A stretch of DNA of 43,029 bases, taken from Staphylococcus phage vB_SpsS_QT1. Positions within the stretch are counted from its first letter, which is position 1. Every line of letters starts with the position of its first letter. A program made the translations under genes and the position numbers. A model generated the notes under the pieces. It was not told the origin of the DNA and ran no database searches. It was given only the letters and a program-made list of their open reading frames with translations. Of this stretch, positions 28,517-37,509 are shown piece after piece. The stretch lies in the sequence record NC_048192.1; one strand, given 5' to 3'.

Positions 28517-28873
28517 ATGGGTATTTTAGAGGAACTTTTGGAAGAAGTGAAACGTCTAAACAAAAACTTACAAGTTACAAACGTTGATCTTTCTACCGTA
28601 GACGAGTCTGTAATGCAAAAAGTAAAAGAAGTGCCAATGAAAAAAGAGGAAGCATCAAAAGAGGGTGTAAAAGAATTTGAAGAACCTACACAAGACTACT
28701 CTAAAGACTATGTTTTATCGCTTGGTAAAGAGTTTGTAAAAAATGCAGATGATAGCGACAAAAAGGCTTTTAAAGAAAAATTATCAGAACTTAATTCAAG
28801 CAAATTATCTACTGTTGAATCAGAACACTATCCAATTATTGTTGACTTCATGAAAGCGAGACTCGACGCATGA
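28517..28873 (+). CDS. Hypothetical acidic protein
   Basis: 118 aa, GGAGGT RBS. Confidence 0.35.
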   Translation: MGILEELLEEVKRLNKNLQVTNVDLSTVDESVMQKVKEVPMKKEEASKEGVKEFEEPTQDYSKDYVLSLGKEFVKNADDSDKKAFKEKLSELNSSKLSTVESEHYPIIVDFMKARLDA

Positions 28874-30036
28874 GTCTTGATCACACAAGTAGAGCACACG
28901 CCAAATTAAGTGCAAGTGGTGCAAAGCAGTGGCTCAACTGTCCGCCTAGTATAAAAGCTAGTGAAGGTATAAGTGATAAGACTTCAACATTTGCCGAAGA
29001 AGGCACTTTTGCTCATGAATTAAGTGAATTGTACTTTAGCCACATGTATGAAGGGTTGACTGAGTTTGAATTCAATAAGGCTTATGCCAATTATCAGCGT
29101 AACGAATATTACAGCGAAGAGCTAAGAGAATATGTTGAGCAGTATGTTGACATGGTTGAAGAACGTGTTAATGATGCGAAAGCTCGAGATAAAGATGTAA
29201 TAACGATGTTTGAAACGAGACTTGATTTAGGTAAGTACGTTCCTGAGTCATTCGGGACTGGTGATGTAATTGTGTATGCGGGTGGTGTACTTGAAATCAT
29301 AGACCTTAAATTTGGTAAAGGTGTTGAGGTGTCAGCTATAGACAATCCTCAATTACGTCTTTATGGTCTAGGCGCTTATGAACTGCTAAGCGTTTTGGAA
29401 GACATACACACTATTAAAATGACAATTATACAACCTCGACTCGATAATTACTCAACTGAAGAATTAGAGACTGAGGCGCTTATTAATTGGGGTCTAGAGT
29501 ATGTTAAACCTAGAGCCGAACTTGCCTATAATGGCGACGGAGAATTCAAGGCTGGCGAACATTGTCGGTTTTGTAAGATTAAGCATTCTTGCCGAACACG
29601 CGCTCAATACATGCTTGATATACCTAATAAGCCTGCTCATTTATTAAGCGATAACGAAATAGCCGAGCTACTTTATAAAGTGCCTGACATTAAAAAGTGG
29701 GCAGACGACTTAGAGTCTTACGCGTTAGAACAGATGACTGAGCACGACAAGTCTTACGATGGTTGGAAAATAGTTGAAGGGCGTTCAAAACGTGTAATTA
29801 CTGACGCAGAAGCAGTTGAAAATAATCTGATCAAAAAAGGTTATAAACCTGAAAATATTACTGAAACAAAACTTTTAAGTCTTACAAAATTAGAAAAGAA
29901 AATCGGTAAAAAAGCATTCAACGATATTGCAGGAGAGTTTATCTCCAAACCTCAAGGCAAGCTGACACTTGCTAAAGAGTCAGACAAGCGTCCTGCAATA
30001 AAGCAGAGTGCTGAAGAAGATTTTGACCAAATATAA
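28870..30036 (+). CDS. PD-(D/E)XK Cas4-like nuclease with Fe-S cysteine cluster (DUF2800-like)
   Basis: 388 aa; N-terminal Cys (LNCPPS) plus C-terminal CRFCKIKHSC pattern characteristic of Cas4/AddB-type nuclease domains; precedes DUF2815-like and PolA genes. Confidence 0.55.
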   Translation: MSLDHTSRAHAKLSASGAKQWLNCPPSIKASEGISDKTSTFAEEGTFAHELSELYFSHMYEGLTEFEFNKAYANYQRNEYYSEELREYVEQYVDMVEERVNDAKARDKDVITMFETRLDLGKYVPESFGTGDVIVYAGGVLEIIDLKFGKGVEVSAIDNPQLRLYGLGAYELLSVLEDIHTIKMTIIQPRLDNYSTEELETEALINWGLEYVKPRAELAYNGDGEFKAGEHCRFCKIKHSCRTRAQYMLDIPNKPAHLLSDNEIAELLYKVPDIKKWADDLESYALEQMTEHDKSYDGWKIVEGRSKRVITDAEAVENNLIKKGYKPENITETKLLSLTKLEKKIGKKAFNDIAGEFISKPQGKLTLAKESDKRPAIKQSAEEDFDQI

Positions 30037-30067
30037 AAAAAATACTAAAAAAGGACGGTAATTAATT

Positions 30068-30622
30068 ATGAAAGCAAAACAAAAAGGAACTAAAGTAATC
30101 ACAGGTAAAGTACGTGCGTCTTACGCTCACATTTTTGAACCGCACAGTATGCAAGAAGGACAAGATGCTAAATACTCAGTTAGCTTAATTATTCCTAAAT
30201 CAGATACAAACACGATTGAAGCAATTGAAAAAGCGATTGAAGAAGCAAAAGAAGCTGGTAAAGCGACAAAGTTTGGCGGTAAAATTCCTGCAAACTTAAA
30301 AACTCCATTGCGTGACGGTGATATCGACAGAGAGGATGACCCGAATTATAAAGACGCTTATTTTATGAACGTTTCAAGCAAACAAGCTCCCGGTATTGTT
30401 GATCAAAACAAAATCCGATTAACAGACCCAGGAACAGTTGTAAGCGGTGATTACATTAGAGCGTCTGTCAACATGTACGCTTTTAGCGCAAGTGGCAATA
30501 AAGGTATTGCTGCAGGCTTAAACAATATCCAACTTGTTGAGAAAGGCGAGCCGCTTGGCGGAGCAAGCAGTGCAGAAGACGACTTTGACGAATTAGATAC
30601 AGATGATGATGACTTATTGTAG
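30068..30622 (+). CDS. DUF2815-like ssDNA-binding protein with acidic C-terminal tail
   Basis: 184 aa; C-terminal DDFDELDTDDDDLL tail as in SSB-type proteins; conserved partner of the nuclease and polymerase. Confidence 0.45.
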   Translation: MKAKQKGTKVITGKVRASYAHIFEPHSMQEGQDAKYSVSLIIPKSDTNTIEAIEKAIEEAKEAGKATKFGGKIPANLKTPLRDGDIDREDDPNYKDAYFMNVSSKQAPGIVDQNKIRLTDPGTVVSGDYIRASVNMYAFSASGNKGIAAGLNNIQLVEKGEPLGGASSAEDDFDELDTDDDDLL

Positions 30623-30679
30623 TCAACACACGGGGCTACACAGCCCCTTACTTTTTTAACTGATTGAGGTGATACGCAC

Positions 30680-32641
30680 TTGAAATATATGAATATTGAT
30701 ATTGAGACCTACAGTAGTAATGACATTTCTAAATGTGGTGCGTATAAATACGTAGAAGCGGAAGACTTTGAAATTTTAATAATCGCTTATTCAATAGACG
30801 GCGGTCCTGTTAGTGCTATTGACATGACTAAAGTCGACAACGAACCATTTCACGCAGATTATGAGACTTTCAAAATTGCGTTGTTCGACCCGGAAGTTAG
30901 AAAGTATGCTTTTAACGCTAATTTTGAAAGGGTTTGTCTAGCTCAACATTTTAATAAAGAGATGCCTCCCGAAGAATGGACGTGCACGATGGTTAATGTC
31001 ACTCGCATTGGTCTGCCGGCTTCACTTGATAAAGTTGGCGAGGTGCTAAACCTACAAAATCAAAAAGATAAAGCAGGTAAAAACCTCATCAGATATTTTT
31101 CTGTGCCATGTAAACCTACAAAAGTGAACGGTGGCCGAACAAGAAACCTACCACAGCATGACCCAAAAAAGTGGCAACAATTTATTGATTACTGTGTAAG
31201 AGATGTAGAAGTCGAAATGTCCATTGCTACGAAGATTAAAGATTTTCCTGTTACTAAAGAAGAACAGAAATACTGGTCGCTAGATCAGCATATTAATGAT
31301 AGAGGGATAAAGCTTTCTAAGCCCTTAATGCTAGGTGCTAATGAACTTGACAAGATAAGCAAAGCTGAACTTCTTAAACAAGCTACGAAAATTACAGGAT
31401 TAGAAAACCCTAACAGCCCGAGTCAGTTGCTTAAATGGCTAAACGAGGAACAAGGACTCGATATCCCGAATCTTCAAAAAGGGACAGTAAAAGACTATTT
31501 AAACAAAGCAACTGGTAAAGCCAAACAGATGTTAGAAATAAGGCTTCAAATGTCAAAAACAAGCGTCAAAAAATATAACAAAATGCATGACATGATGTGC
31601 AAAGATGAACGTGTGCGAGGGCTTTTCCAATTTTACGGTGCTGGTACTGGAAGATGGGCGGGCAGAGGTGTGCAACTTCAAAACTTAACTAAACACTATA
31701 TTAGCGATACTGAGCTAGATATCGCTAGAGACCTAATAAAAAAACAAGCTTTTGATGATTTGGATTTACTACTTGATATTCATCCACAAGACCTATTAAG
31801 CCAATTAGTACGTACCACATTTACAGCTGAAGATGGATATGAGTTAGCCGTAAGTGACTTTTCTGCCATAGAGGCTCGTGTCATTGCTTGGTATGCAAAG
31901 GAACAATGGCGATTAGATGTGTTTAATACACATGGCAAAATTTATGAGGCGTCAGCTGCACAAATGTTTGGCGTTCCAGTTGACTCCATAAAAAAAGGTG
32001 ACCCACTCAGACAAAAAGGTAAAGTATCAGAATTGGCATTGGGCTATCAAGGTGGCCCAGGAGCCTTAAAAGCAATGGGTGCTTTGGATATGGGCATCGA
32101 TGAATCAGAATTACAAGGCTTAGTAGATAGTTGGCGTAAAGCAAACCCGAATATTGTCGCCTTTTGGAAAGGTTGTCAAGATGCTGCAATTGAGACAGTC
32201 AGAACAAGACAAACACATCTGACACATGGGCTTAGATTCTACATGAAAAAAGGCTTTCTTATGATTGAACTGCCAAGCGGTAGATCACTAGCTTATCCGA
32301 AAGCGCGATTAGGAGAAAACAGTTGGGGCAGTCCAGTTGTTGAGTTTATGGGATTAGACCTTAATCGTAAATGGACAAAGTTAAAAACTTATGGCGGTAA
32401 GCTTGTCGAAAACATCGTACAAGCAACTGCTAGGGATTTATTAGCGATATCAATGTACAGAATTGAGCATGCAGGCTTTTCAATTGTGGGGCATGTACAC
32501 GATGAAGTGATTGTTGAGATTCCTGATGGCTCAGGAGGATTGAAAGCCATAGAAAATATTATGAGCAAACCAGTCAAATGGGCGGAAGGATTAAAACTTA
32601 ATAGCGATGGCTTTACATCGCCTTTCTACATGAAAGATTAG
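30680..32641 (+). CDS. Family A DNA polymerase with N-terminal 3'-5' exonuclease domain
   Basis: 653 aa; Exo I DIETYS; motif A DFSAIEARVIAW; motif B RQKGKVSELALGYQGG; motif C VGHVHDEVIVE. Confidence 0.85.
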   Translation: MKYMNIDIETYSSNDISKCGAYKYVEAEDFEILIIAYSIDGGPVSAIDMTKVDNEPFHADYETFKIALFDPEVRKYAFNANFERVCLAQHFNKEMPPEEWTCTMVNVTRIGLPASLDKVGEVLNLQNQKDKAGKNLIRYFSVPCKPTKVNGGRTRNLPQHDPKKWQQFIDYCVRDVEVEMSIATKIKDFPVTKEEQKYWSLDQHINDRGIKLSKPLMLGANELDKISKAELLKQATKITGLENPNSPSQLLKWLNEEQGLDIPNLQKGTVKDYLNKATGKAKQMLEIRLQMSKTSVKKYNKMHDMMCKDERVRGLFQFYGAGTGRWAGRGVQLQNLTKHYISDTELDIARDLIKKQAFDDLDLLLDIHPQDLLSQLVRTTFTAEDGYELAVSDFSAIEARVIAWYAKEQWRLDVFNTHGKIYEASAAQMFGVPVDSIKKGDPLRQKGKVSELALGYQGGPGALKAMGALDMGIDESELQGLVDSWRKANPNIVAFWKGCQDAAIETVRTRQTHLTHGLRFYMKKGFLMIELPSGRSLAYPKARLGENSWGSPVVEFMGLDLNRKWTKLKTYGGKLVENIVQATARDLLAISMYRIEHAGFSIVGHVHDEVIVEIPDGSGGLKAIENIMSKPVKWAEGLKLNSDGFTSPFYMKD

Positions 32642-32652
32642 GAGGAATAGAA

Positions 32653-32856
32653 ATGTACACGCTCGCGTTAGGACGTAATGGAGATAAGTTAACAGAAACA
32701 TCACATGATGAATTTGACAAATTAAAAACCGATCGTGCGTATAGAGAATATAAAAATAGTCGTAAAGATAAAACACACTTAGTTAAATATCCGCAATCAG
32801 TTAAAGCGAGTGACTACTATAAATATCTAAAAAGCCAGGCGTTGTGGAGTGAATGA
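32653..32856 (+). CDS. Hypothetical basic protein
   Basis: 67 aa, AGGAGG RBS. Confidence 0.35.
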   Translation: MYTLALGRNGDKLTETSHDEFDKLKTDRAYREYKNSRKDKTHLVKYPQSVKASDYYKYLKSQALWSE

Positions 32857-33021
32857 TGTAACTTGGAAAGACCTCAAATTTATAGGATTTACTAGGTCGC
32901 AAAAAGCAAAAATGATACACAAAGGTATCACGCCTAGCATCGCGCTGAGTAGATATAAAAACTATTGGAGCATTGAGGAAATTGTTAATACGAAGCCTTA
33001 CATGAAAAGGAGACGCAAATA

Positions 33022-33507
33022 ATGAAAATCAAAGACTTGAAAATAAACGACGAAGTAAGCGTTAAGGTTAGCACGCAGCGACTTAGAGACACAGACGATG
33101 AAAAATGGATTTACGAACCGATATTCGAAACGGCGAAAGTTGTAGAAGTGGATAAAGACGGCTTGTTTGCATCGATTGTCTTTGTTGATGGAAAGTGTGG
33201 CGAGCTTGATAAAGATACAGAGTGGTACCTGATTCCGAGTAGCACAAAGATTGCTACACATGAGCGACCTGCTATAAAGAAACCACATCACTATGTGTTT
33301 GAAGATGGTACTGAGGCTATAAAAATTATCAACATGTTGGTGAAAAGATACAAACAATCTACAGTCGCAGCGCAAATTTATAACGCAATAAAGTACATCA
33401 TTAGAGCGCCTTTTAAAAATGGAGTTGAAGATTTAAAAAAGGCGAAAGAAAGCATAAATTTCGCTATCAAATTTTGGGACGACAAAGAAATGGAGTATAA
33501 AAAATGA
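33022..33507 (+). CDS. Hypothetical protein, DUF3310-like C-terminal region
   Basis: 161 aa; C-terminal HHYVFEDGTEAIKIIN...IYNAIKYIIRAPFKNGVEDLKKAKESINFAIKF resembles a phage family of unknown function. Confidence 0.35.
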   Translation: MKIKDLKINDEVSVKVSTQRLRDTDDEKWIYEPIFETAKVVEVDKDGLFASIVFVDGKCGELDKDTEWYLIPSSTKIATHERPAIKKPHHYVFEDGTEAIKIINMLVKRYKQSTVAAQIYNAIKYIIRAPFKNGVEDLKKAKESINFAIKFWDDKEMEYKK

Positions 33508-34181
33508 ACGTTACGAATGAAATCAACAAAATATTAAACATCAAAGATAGTTATCAAGCTCCCCAAAAAATAATGGACATTTTGTGCGGTGATAGAGATA
33601 AGCGAGACGAGGTCTTTAAGCAATTTCTAGAGTTATTCAAATATGACGTTACCTTCGATTGGTTCCATGAGTATTTTCAGGACGAACATGCAGACCGAAA
33701 AAAGAAAAAGCAAGACTTCACACCTCAGTCAATTTCAAAGTTACTTTCGTCAATGGTTAGTGATGAAGATGGAACGTATTACGAACCTGCGGCAGGCACA
33801 GGAGGTATTTTAATTCAAAAATGGAATGACGACAGAATGAAACACTCACCGTTTGAATATATGCCATCATTTTACTTCTATGCCGCCGAGGAATTGAGCG
33901 ATAGAACAATACCATTCTTACTATTTAACATGCTAATAAGAGGTATGAACGGGCTTGTGGTACAGTGTGATGTTTTAACGCGTGAAGCATATGGTGCGTG
34001 GTTTATACAAAATGATGATAATGATCACTTCCATTTTTCATCACTGAATAAATTGCCGCCAAACGAAATGATTGAACGTGAGCTAAATGTGACTTTTGTA
34101 GAAGATAATTATCTAGACATTATGCAAACAACGGAGTGGCCTGAGTGGCTAGGTGATGTGAATGAGTGCATCCCATCGTGA
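33504..34181 (+). CDS. N6-adenine methyltransferase-like protein lacking a recognisable (D/N)PP(Y/F) catalytic motif
   Basis: 225 aa; FTPQSISKLLSSMV and YYEPAAGTGGILIQ resemble motif X and motif I of amino-MTases; no NPPY-type motif found downstream. Confidence 0.4.
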   Translation: MNVTNEINKILNIKDSYQAPQKIMDILCGDRDKRDEVFKQFLELFKYDVTFDWFHEYFQDEHADRKKKKQDFTPQSISKLLSSMVSDEDGTYYEPAAGTGGILIQKWNDDRMKHSPFEYMPSFYFYAAEELSDRTIPFLLFNMLIRGMNGLVVQCDVLTREAYGAWFIQNDDNDHFHFSSLNKLPPNEMIERELNVTFVEDNYLDIMQTTEWPEWLGDVNECIPS

Positions 34182-34362
34182 TTTAAGCAATGTTAAACGT
34201 GCGAAATATAAATACAACACAGCAGGCAAAACGCCGACAGAATTACAACGAGAATTAAGAAAACGTGGTGTAAAAGGGTTTGTGGTAAACGTAAATCACA
34301 ATCGCGTAACGATGTTAGTAGACAGACGCGATGTAAAGAGGAATAAGGAGTGTATGAGATGA
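34162..34362 (+). CDS. Small basic protein
   Basis: 66 aa overlapping neighbours. Confidence 0.3.
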   Translation: MSASHRDLSNVKRAKYKYNTAGKTPTELQRELRKRGVKGFVVNVNHNRVTMLVDRRDVKRNKECMR

Positions 34363-34709
34363 AACCCAAATTTAGAGCATGGGATAAAACTGAGAATCTA
34401 ATGTCAGATGTTCGTGAAATCAGCTTTTTTGATAAATATGTAAAGCTAGAAAGTGGTGCATTTAGAGGTTTTGATGAGGTTGCTTTAATGCAGTCAACAG
34501 GATTGACTGACAAGCATACTGTCGAGGTGTACCAAGGTGATATTGTGTGGGACGACATGGATGAAGAATATGGTGTAGTTCGAATTGAAGAAGCTAAAAC
34601 AATTATTGAGTGGGATATCTATGTGGAAGATTTATTCGAGAAAATAGAACTTTTAGAGGTTGTTGGGAATATTTACGAAAACAAAAAATTGTTAAAGGAG
34701 GAACGATGA
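34359..34709 (+). CDS. YopX-family protein
   Basis: Start at ATG 34359 (8 nt after AAGGAG): MKPKFRAWDK... matches the characteristic YopX N-terminus. Confidence 0.6.
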   Translation: MKPKFRAWDKTENLMSDVREISFFDKYVKLESGAFRGFDEVALMQSTGLTDKHTVEVYQGDIVWDDMDEEYGVVRIEEAKTIIEWDIYVEDLFEKIELLEVVGNIYENKKLLKEER

Positions 34710-34804
34710 TGAAAGAATTAAAAAATTTAGAATACCCGTTTCATTTACAACTGATCAAACAGAGGGGCTTCCGTGCAAACCGTACATTTCCTACGAAACT
34801 ATAG
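34706..34804 (+). CDS. 32-aa small ORF with strong RBS (MMKELKNLEYPFHLQLIKQRGFRANRTFPTKL)
   Basis: AAAGGAGG at 34694-34701, ATGA overlap with YopX stop. Confidence 0.3.
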   Translation: MMKELKNLEYPFHLQLIKQRGFRANRTFPTKL

Positions 34805-34912
34805 ATTTGTGTGAGGAATGCTCAGCAAAAGCTGTAACACTTTTAGGTATGGGAGCACAAGGTTACAACTCATATAGATTTAAAAAATAGAACGATAAGA
34901 GGGGTAAAAAAG

Positions 34913-35179
34913 ATGAAAATCGAAAACATAAAATTGGTAGTGGCAAGCATATCGAAAGACATTTACATGGCAAAGATCAATAAAGATTCAATGATGGATA
35001 TTGATAACAGACGTGTAGCCACTGAAGAAGTATTACGCGCAGCAGCAGAGTGGTTTATAGCGAATCAAAAAACCTTGTGTAAATTTAACGGATACGGAAC
35101 ATTGGCGTGGATACCGGATAACAGACATACAACAGAGGAAATTAAAACACATTTAAATAAATTACAGGAGGACGAGTGA
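34913..35179 (+). CDS. Hypothetical protein
   Basis: 88 aa. Confidence 0.35.
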   Translation: MKIENIKLVVASISKDIYMAKINKDSMMDIDNRRVATEEVLRAAAEWFIANQKTLCKFNGYGTLAWIPDNRHTTEEIKTHLNKLQEDE

Positions 35180-35180
35180 A

Positions 35181-35336
35181 ATGGAGATAAGCCTAGCAGA
35201 AACTAGAGAATTTTTAAACATAGTAAAGAGAGTTACACCAGTATTAACACGAGAAGAGTTTGAAATGGTTGGCTTAATTTATTTAGGTGCGCTTGAAAGA
35301 TTAGAAAATAATATGGAGGACACAAACAATGACTAA
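35181..35336 (+). CDS. 51-aa small protein
   Basis: Hand-translated; AGGAGG RBS at 35166-35171; stop overlaps dUTPase start. Confidence 0.3.
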   Translation: MEISLAETREFLNIVKRVTPVLTREEFEMVGLIYLGALERLENNMEDTNND

Positions 35337-35868
35337 TACATTACAAATCAAATTATTATCAGATAACGCAACAATGCCAAAACGTGAGCACGATACTGAT
35401 GCAGGCTTTGACATTTACGCAGCTGAGACAGTGGTATTGGAGCCACAGGAGAAAGCGTTGATTGCTACTGACATAGCAGTGAATATTCCTAAAGGTTATG
35501 TTGGGTTATTGACTAGCCGTAGTGGTGTGAGTAGCAAGACGCATTTAGTGATTGAGACGGGTAAGATTGACGCAGGATATCAAGGCCATATGCAGATTAA
35601 CATTAAGAATGATTATATCAACTTAAAAGAATATGATGAGGCAAAAATAGACACTAACTACGGCGATGTTATGTATCCTATTTACAATGTCGATGGTCAA
35701 GCGAATTACGATAAAATTTATGATAATCCAGTATACAAAATTAACAAAGGCGACCGACTAGCGCAATTAGTTATTGTGCCTATCTGGACGCCAGAGCTAG
35801 AGCAAGTGGAGGAGTTTGACAGTGAGTCAGCAAGAGGAACAAAAGGGTTCGGATCATCAGGAATCTAA
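35329..35868 (+). CDS. dut: dUTPase (trimeric, with staphylococcal-phage-type insertion)
   Basis: 179 aa; motifs AGFDIYAAE, GLLTSRSGVS, GKIDAGYQGH, RGTKGFGSSG; insertion between motifs III and IV. Confidence 0.85.
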   Translation: MTNTLQIKLLSDNATMPKREHDTDAGFDIYAAETVVLEPQEKALIATDIAVNIPKGYVGLLTSRSGVSSKTHLVIETGKIDAGYQGHMQINIKNDYINLKEYDEAKIDTNYGDVMYPIYNVDGQANYDKIYDNPVYKINKGDRLAQLVIVPIWTPELEQVEEFDSESARGTKGFGSSGI

Positions 35869-35904
35869 AGACATACTAACTAAAGTGAAAGAGGTGCTGG
35901 GGAA

Positions 35905-36369
35905 ATGAAACGCATTTTAGACGCATGTTGTGGTAGTCGAATGTTTTGGTTTGATAAGAATAACCGAAACACAGTTTTTATGGATAACCGTCAACTACAA
36001 ACGAATTTGTGTGACGGTCGAAAATTAGAAATTAATCCTGACATAGTGGCCGACTTTAGAAATATGCCATTTGATGATGAAAGTTTTTATATGGTCGTGT
36101 TTGACCCACCGCATTTGTTAAGAGGTGGCGATAAAAGTTGGTTAGTACAAAAATATGGTCGGCTTAATGAAACGTGGCCAGAAGATTTAAAACAAGGTTT
36201 TGATGAGTGTATGCGTGTGTTAAAACCAAACGGAACACTAATTTTTAAATGGAACGAAGAACAAATAAAATTGTCAGAAGTTTTAAAGTGTTTCAGTCAA
36301 AAGCCGTTGTTAGGTAACAAACGAAGTAAGACACATTGGTTAGTTTTTATGAAAGGGGCAGAACAATGA
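35905..36369 (+). CDS. Small DNA methyltransferase (N6A/N4C class), DACCGS motif I and DPPH catalytic motif
   Basis: 154 aa; ILDACCGSRMFWFD and VVFDPPHL. Confidence 0.5.
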   Translation: MKRILDACCGSRMFWFDKNNRNTVFMDNRQLQTNLCDGRKLEINPDIVADFRNMPFDDESFYMVVFDPPHLLRGGDKSWLVQKYGRLNETWPEDLKQGFDECMRVLKPNGTLIFKWNEEQIKLSEVLKCFSQKPLLGNKRSKTHWLVFMKGAEQ

Positions 36370-36554
36370 CACAATACCTAATTACAACATTCACAGATAG
36401 CACAGGTCAAACATTCACAGAAGCAACTAAAGCGCGTGAGAATCAAACGTTTACTGTTGTGTTAGCAGAAAGTAAAGAGGAAGCGATTAAGAAGTATGAG
36501 AGCCCTAAAGTTAAACAGCAAGTTATTACATGCAATATGCCGGATTGGGCTTAA
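36366..36554 (+). CDS. Hypothetical small protein
   Basis: Start at ATG 36366 (AAAGGGG RBS, ATGA overlap with the methyltransferase stop); 62 aa. Confidence 0.3.
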   Translation: MTQYLITTFTDSTGQTFTEATKARENQTFTVVLAESKEEAIKKYESPKVKQQVITCNMPDWA

Positions 36555-36569
36555 TAAGGAGGAAACAGA

Positions 36570-36851
36570 ATGGGATTAGCTGAATTATTAACAATTGTAT
36601 TTGTCGTTTTAAAACTAACTGGGGTTATTGATTGGTCGTGGTGGTTAGTACTTCTGCCTGAGATTATAGCAATCTTGATATATACTGTATTGTTTATTAT
36701 CACCGTTGTCTATGCAAGAATGCAGAACAAAATATTCATGAGTAAATACGAACGCGCAGCTAAACGAACACGTAATAAACATGAAGAATATTTAAAGCGA
36801 CGTCAAAAATGGTTTGAGAATCATAAATTAGATAGAGGTGAAAAGAAATGA
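36570..36851 (+). CDS. Two-TM membrane protein with basic C-terminal tail
   Basis: 93 aa, AAGGAGG RBS. Confidence 0.4.
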   Translation: MGLAELLTIVFVVLKLTGVIDWSWWLVLLPEIIAILIYTVLFIITVVYARMQNKIFMSKYERAAKRTRNKHEEYLKRRQKWFENHKLDRGEKK

Positions 36852-36990
36852 AATACATCATCACAACAGCAATGATTTTATACATTGCATATCAATACTA
36901 CATCAAACGTACTGCTAACGATGAGGTAGACGCATTTAATGAATATGATCATATTGATTTAAATAACGTAAGAGCGGAGGTGAGTGAGTG

Positions 36991-37293
36991 ATGGACATTA
37001 ATGAATTAAGAAATCAAACAGAAAAGTATAAAGAGAAAACATTTCAGCGTTCTAAAGATTACTGTATTTGTGTAATAAACAGTGCAATACATGAAGCGGT
37101 TGAAAAAGGTAAGTATTCAGCTCAAATAAACATTAGTACATTAAAGTATGAAATACCTGTGGTTATGAATAATTTTTATTACAACGTTACACGTGATGTT
37201 ATAAACGCAATAGATAAACAATATACCGCACTGGGTTTTAACGTTAAGTTCAGTAGTGTGTTTGGAATGATTATAGATTGGAGCGAACAATAG
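36991..37293 (+). CDS. Hypothetical protein
   Basis: 100 aa, GGAGGTGA RBS 7 nt upstream. Confidence 0.35.
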   Translation: MDINELRNQTEKYKEKTFQRSKDYCICVINSAIHEAVEKGKYSAQINISTLKYEIPVVMNNFYYNVTRDVINAIDKQYTALGFNVKFSSVFGMIIDWSEQ

Positions 37294-37295
37294 TA

Positions 37296-37472
37296 ATGTG
37301 GATTATAACAACGATTATCTTAGCACTGATCGCTTTAATTTTATTAGCTGAAAACAGTTCGCTAAGAACCAAAAACGAAAGTCTTAAATACACTATCGTT
37401 TATTTACAAACTAAGTTTAAAGATGATGTTGATTATGAAGAACTAAAGCGAATTACTGATCAATATAAATAA
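37296..37472 (+). CDS. Small membrane protein (58 aa); alternative TTG start at 37278
   Basis: N-terminal TM helix WIITTIILALIALILLA then charged coiled region. Confidence 0.3.
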   Translation: MWIITTIILALIALILLAENSSLRTKNESLKYTIVYLQTKFKDDVDYEELKRITDQYK

Positions 37473-37509
37473 GGTAGTTATTAGAAAGTATTAAAGAAAG
37501 GGGACCATC

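Noticed and set aside
32924-33021. 32-codon basic ORF in the gap before gene 33022
   Set aside because: It has no RBS, and its frame ends within the AAAGGAG RBS of the next gene. It is likely noncoding leader.
34610-34804. 64-aa ORF from the six-frame track
   Set aside because: Its 5' two thirds overlap the YopX gene in another frame. Only the 3' 32 codons (34706-34804) have an RBS, and those are reported separately at low confidence.
36847-36918. 23-codon hydrophobic micro-ORF overlapping the stop of the 93-aa membrane protein
   Set aside because: I initially read it through to 36990, but re-reading found an in-frame TAA at 36916-36918. It is too short and lacks an RBS.
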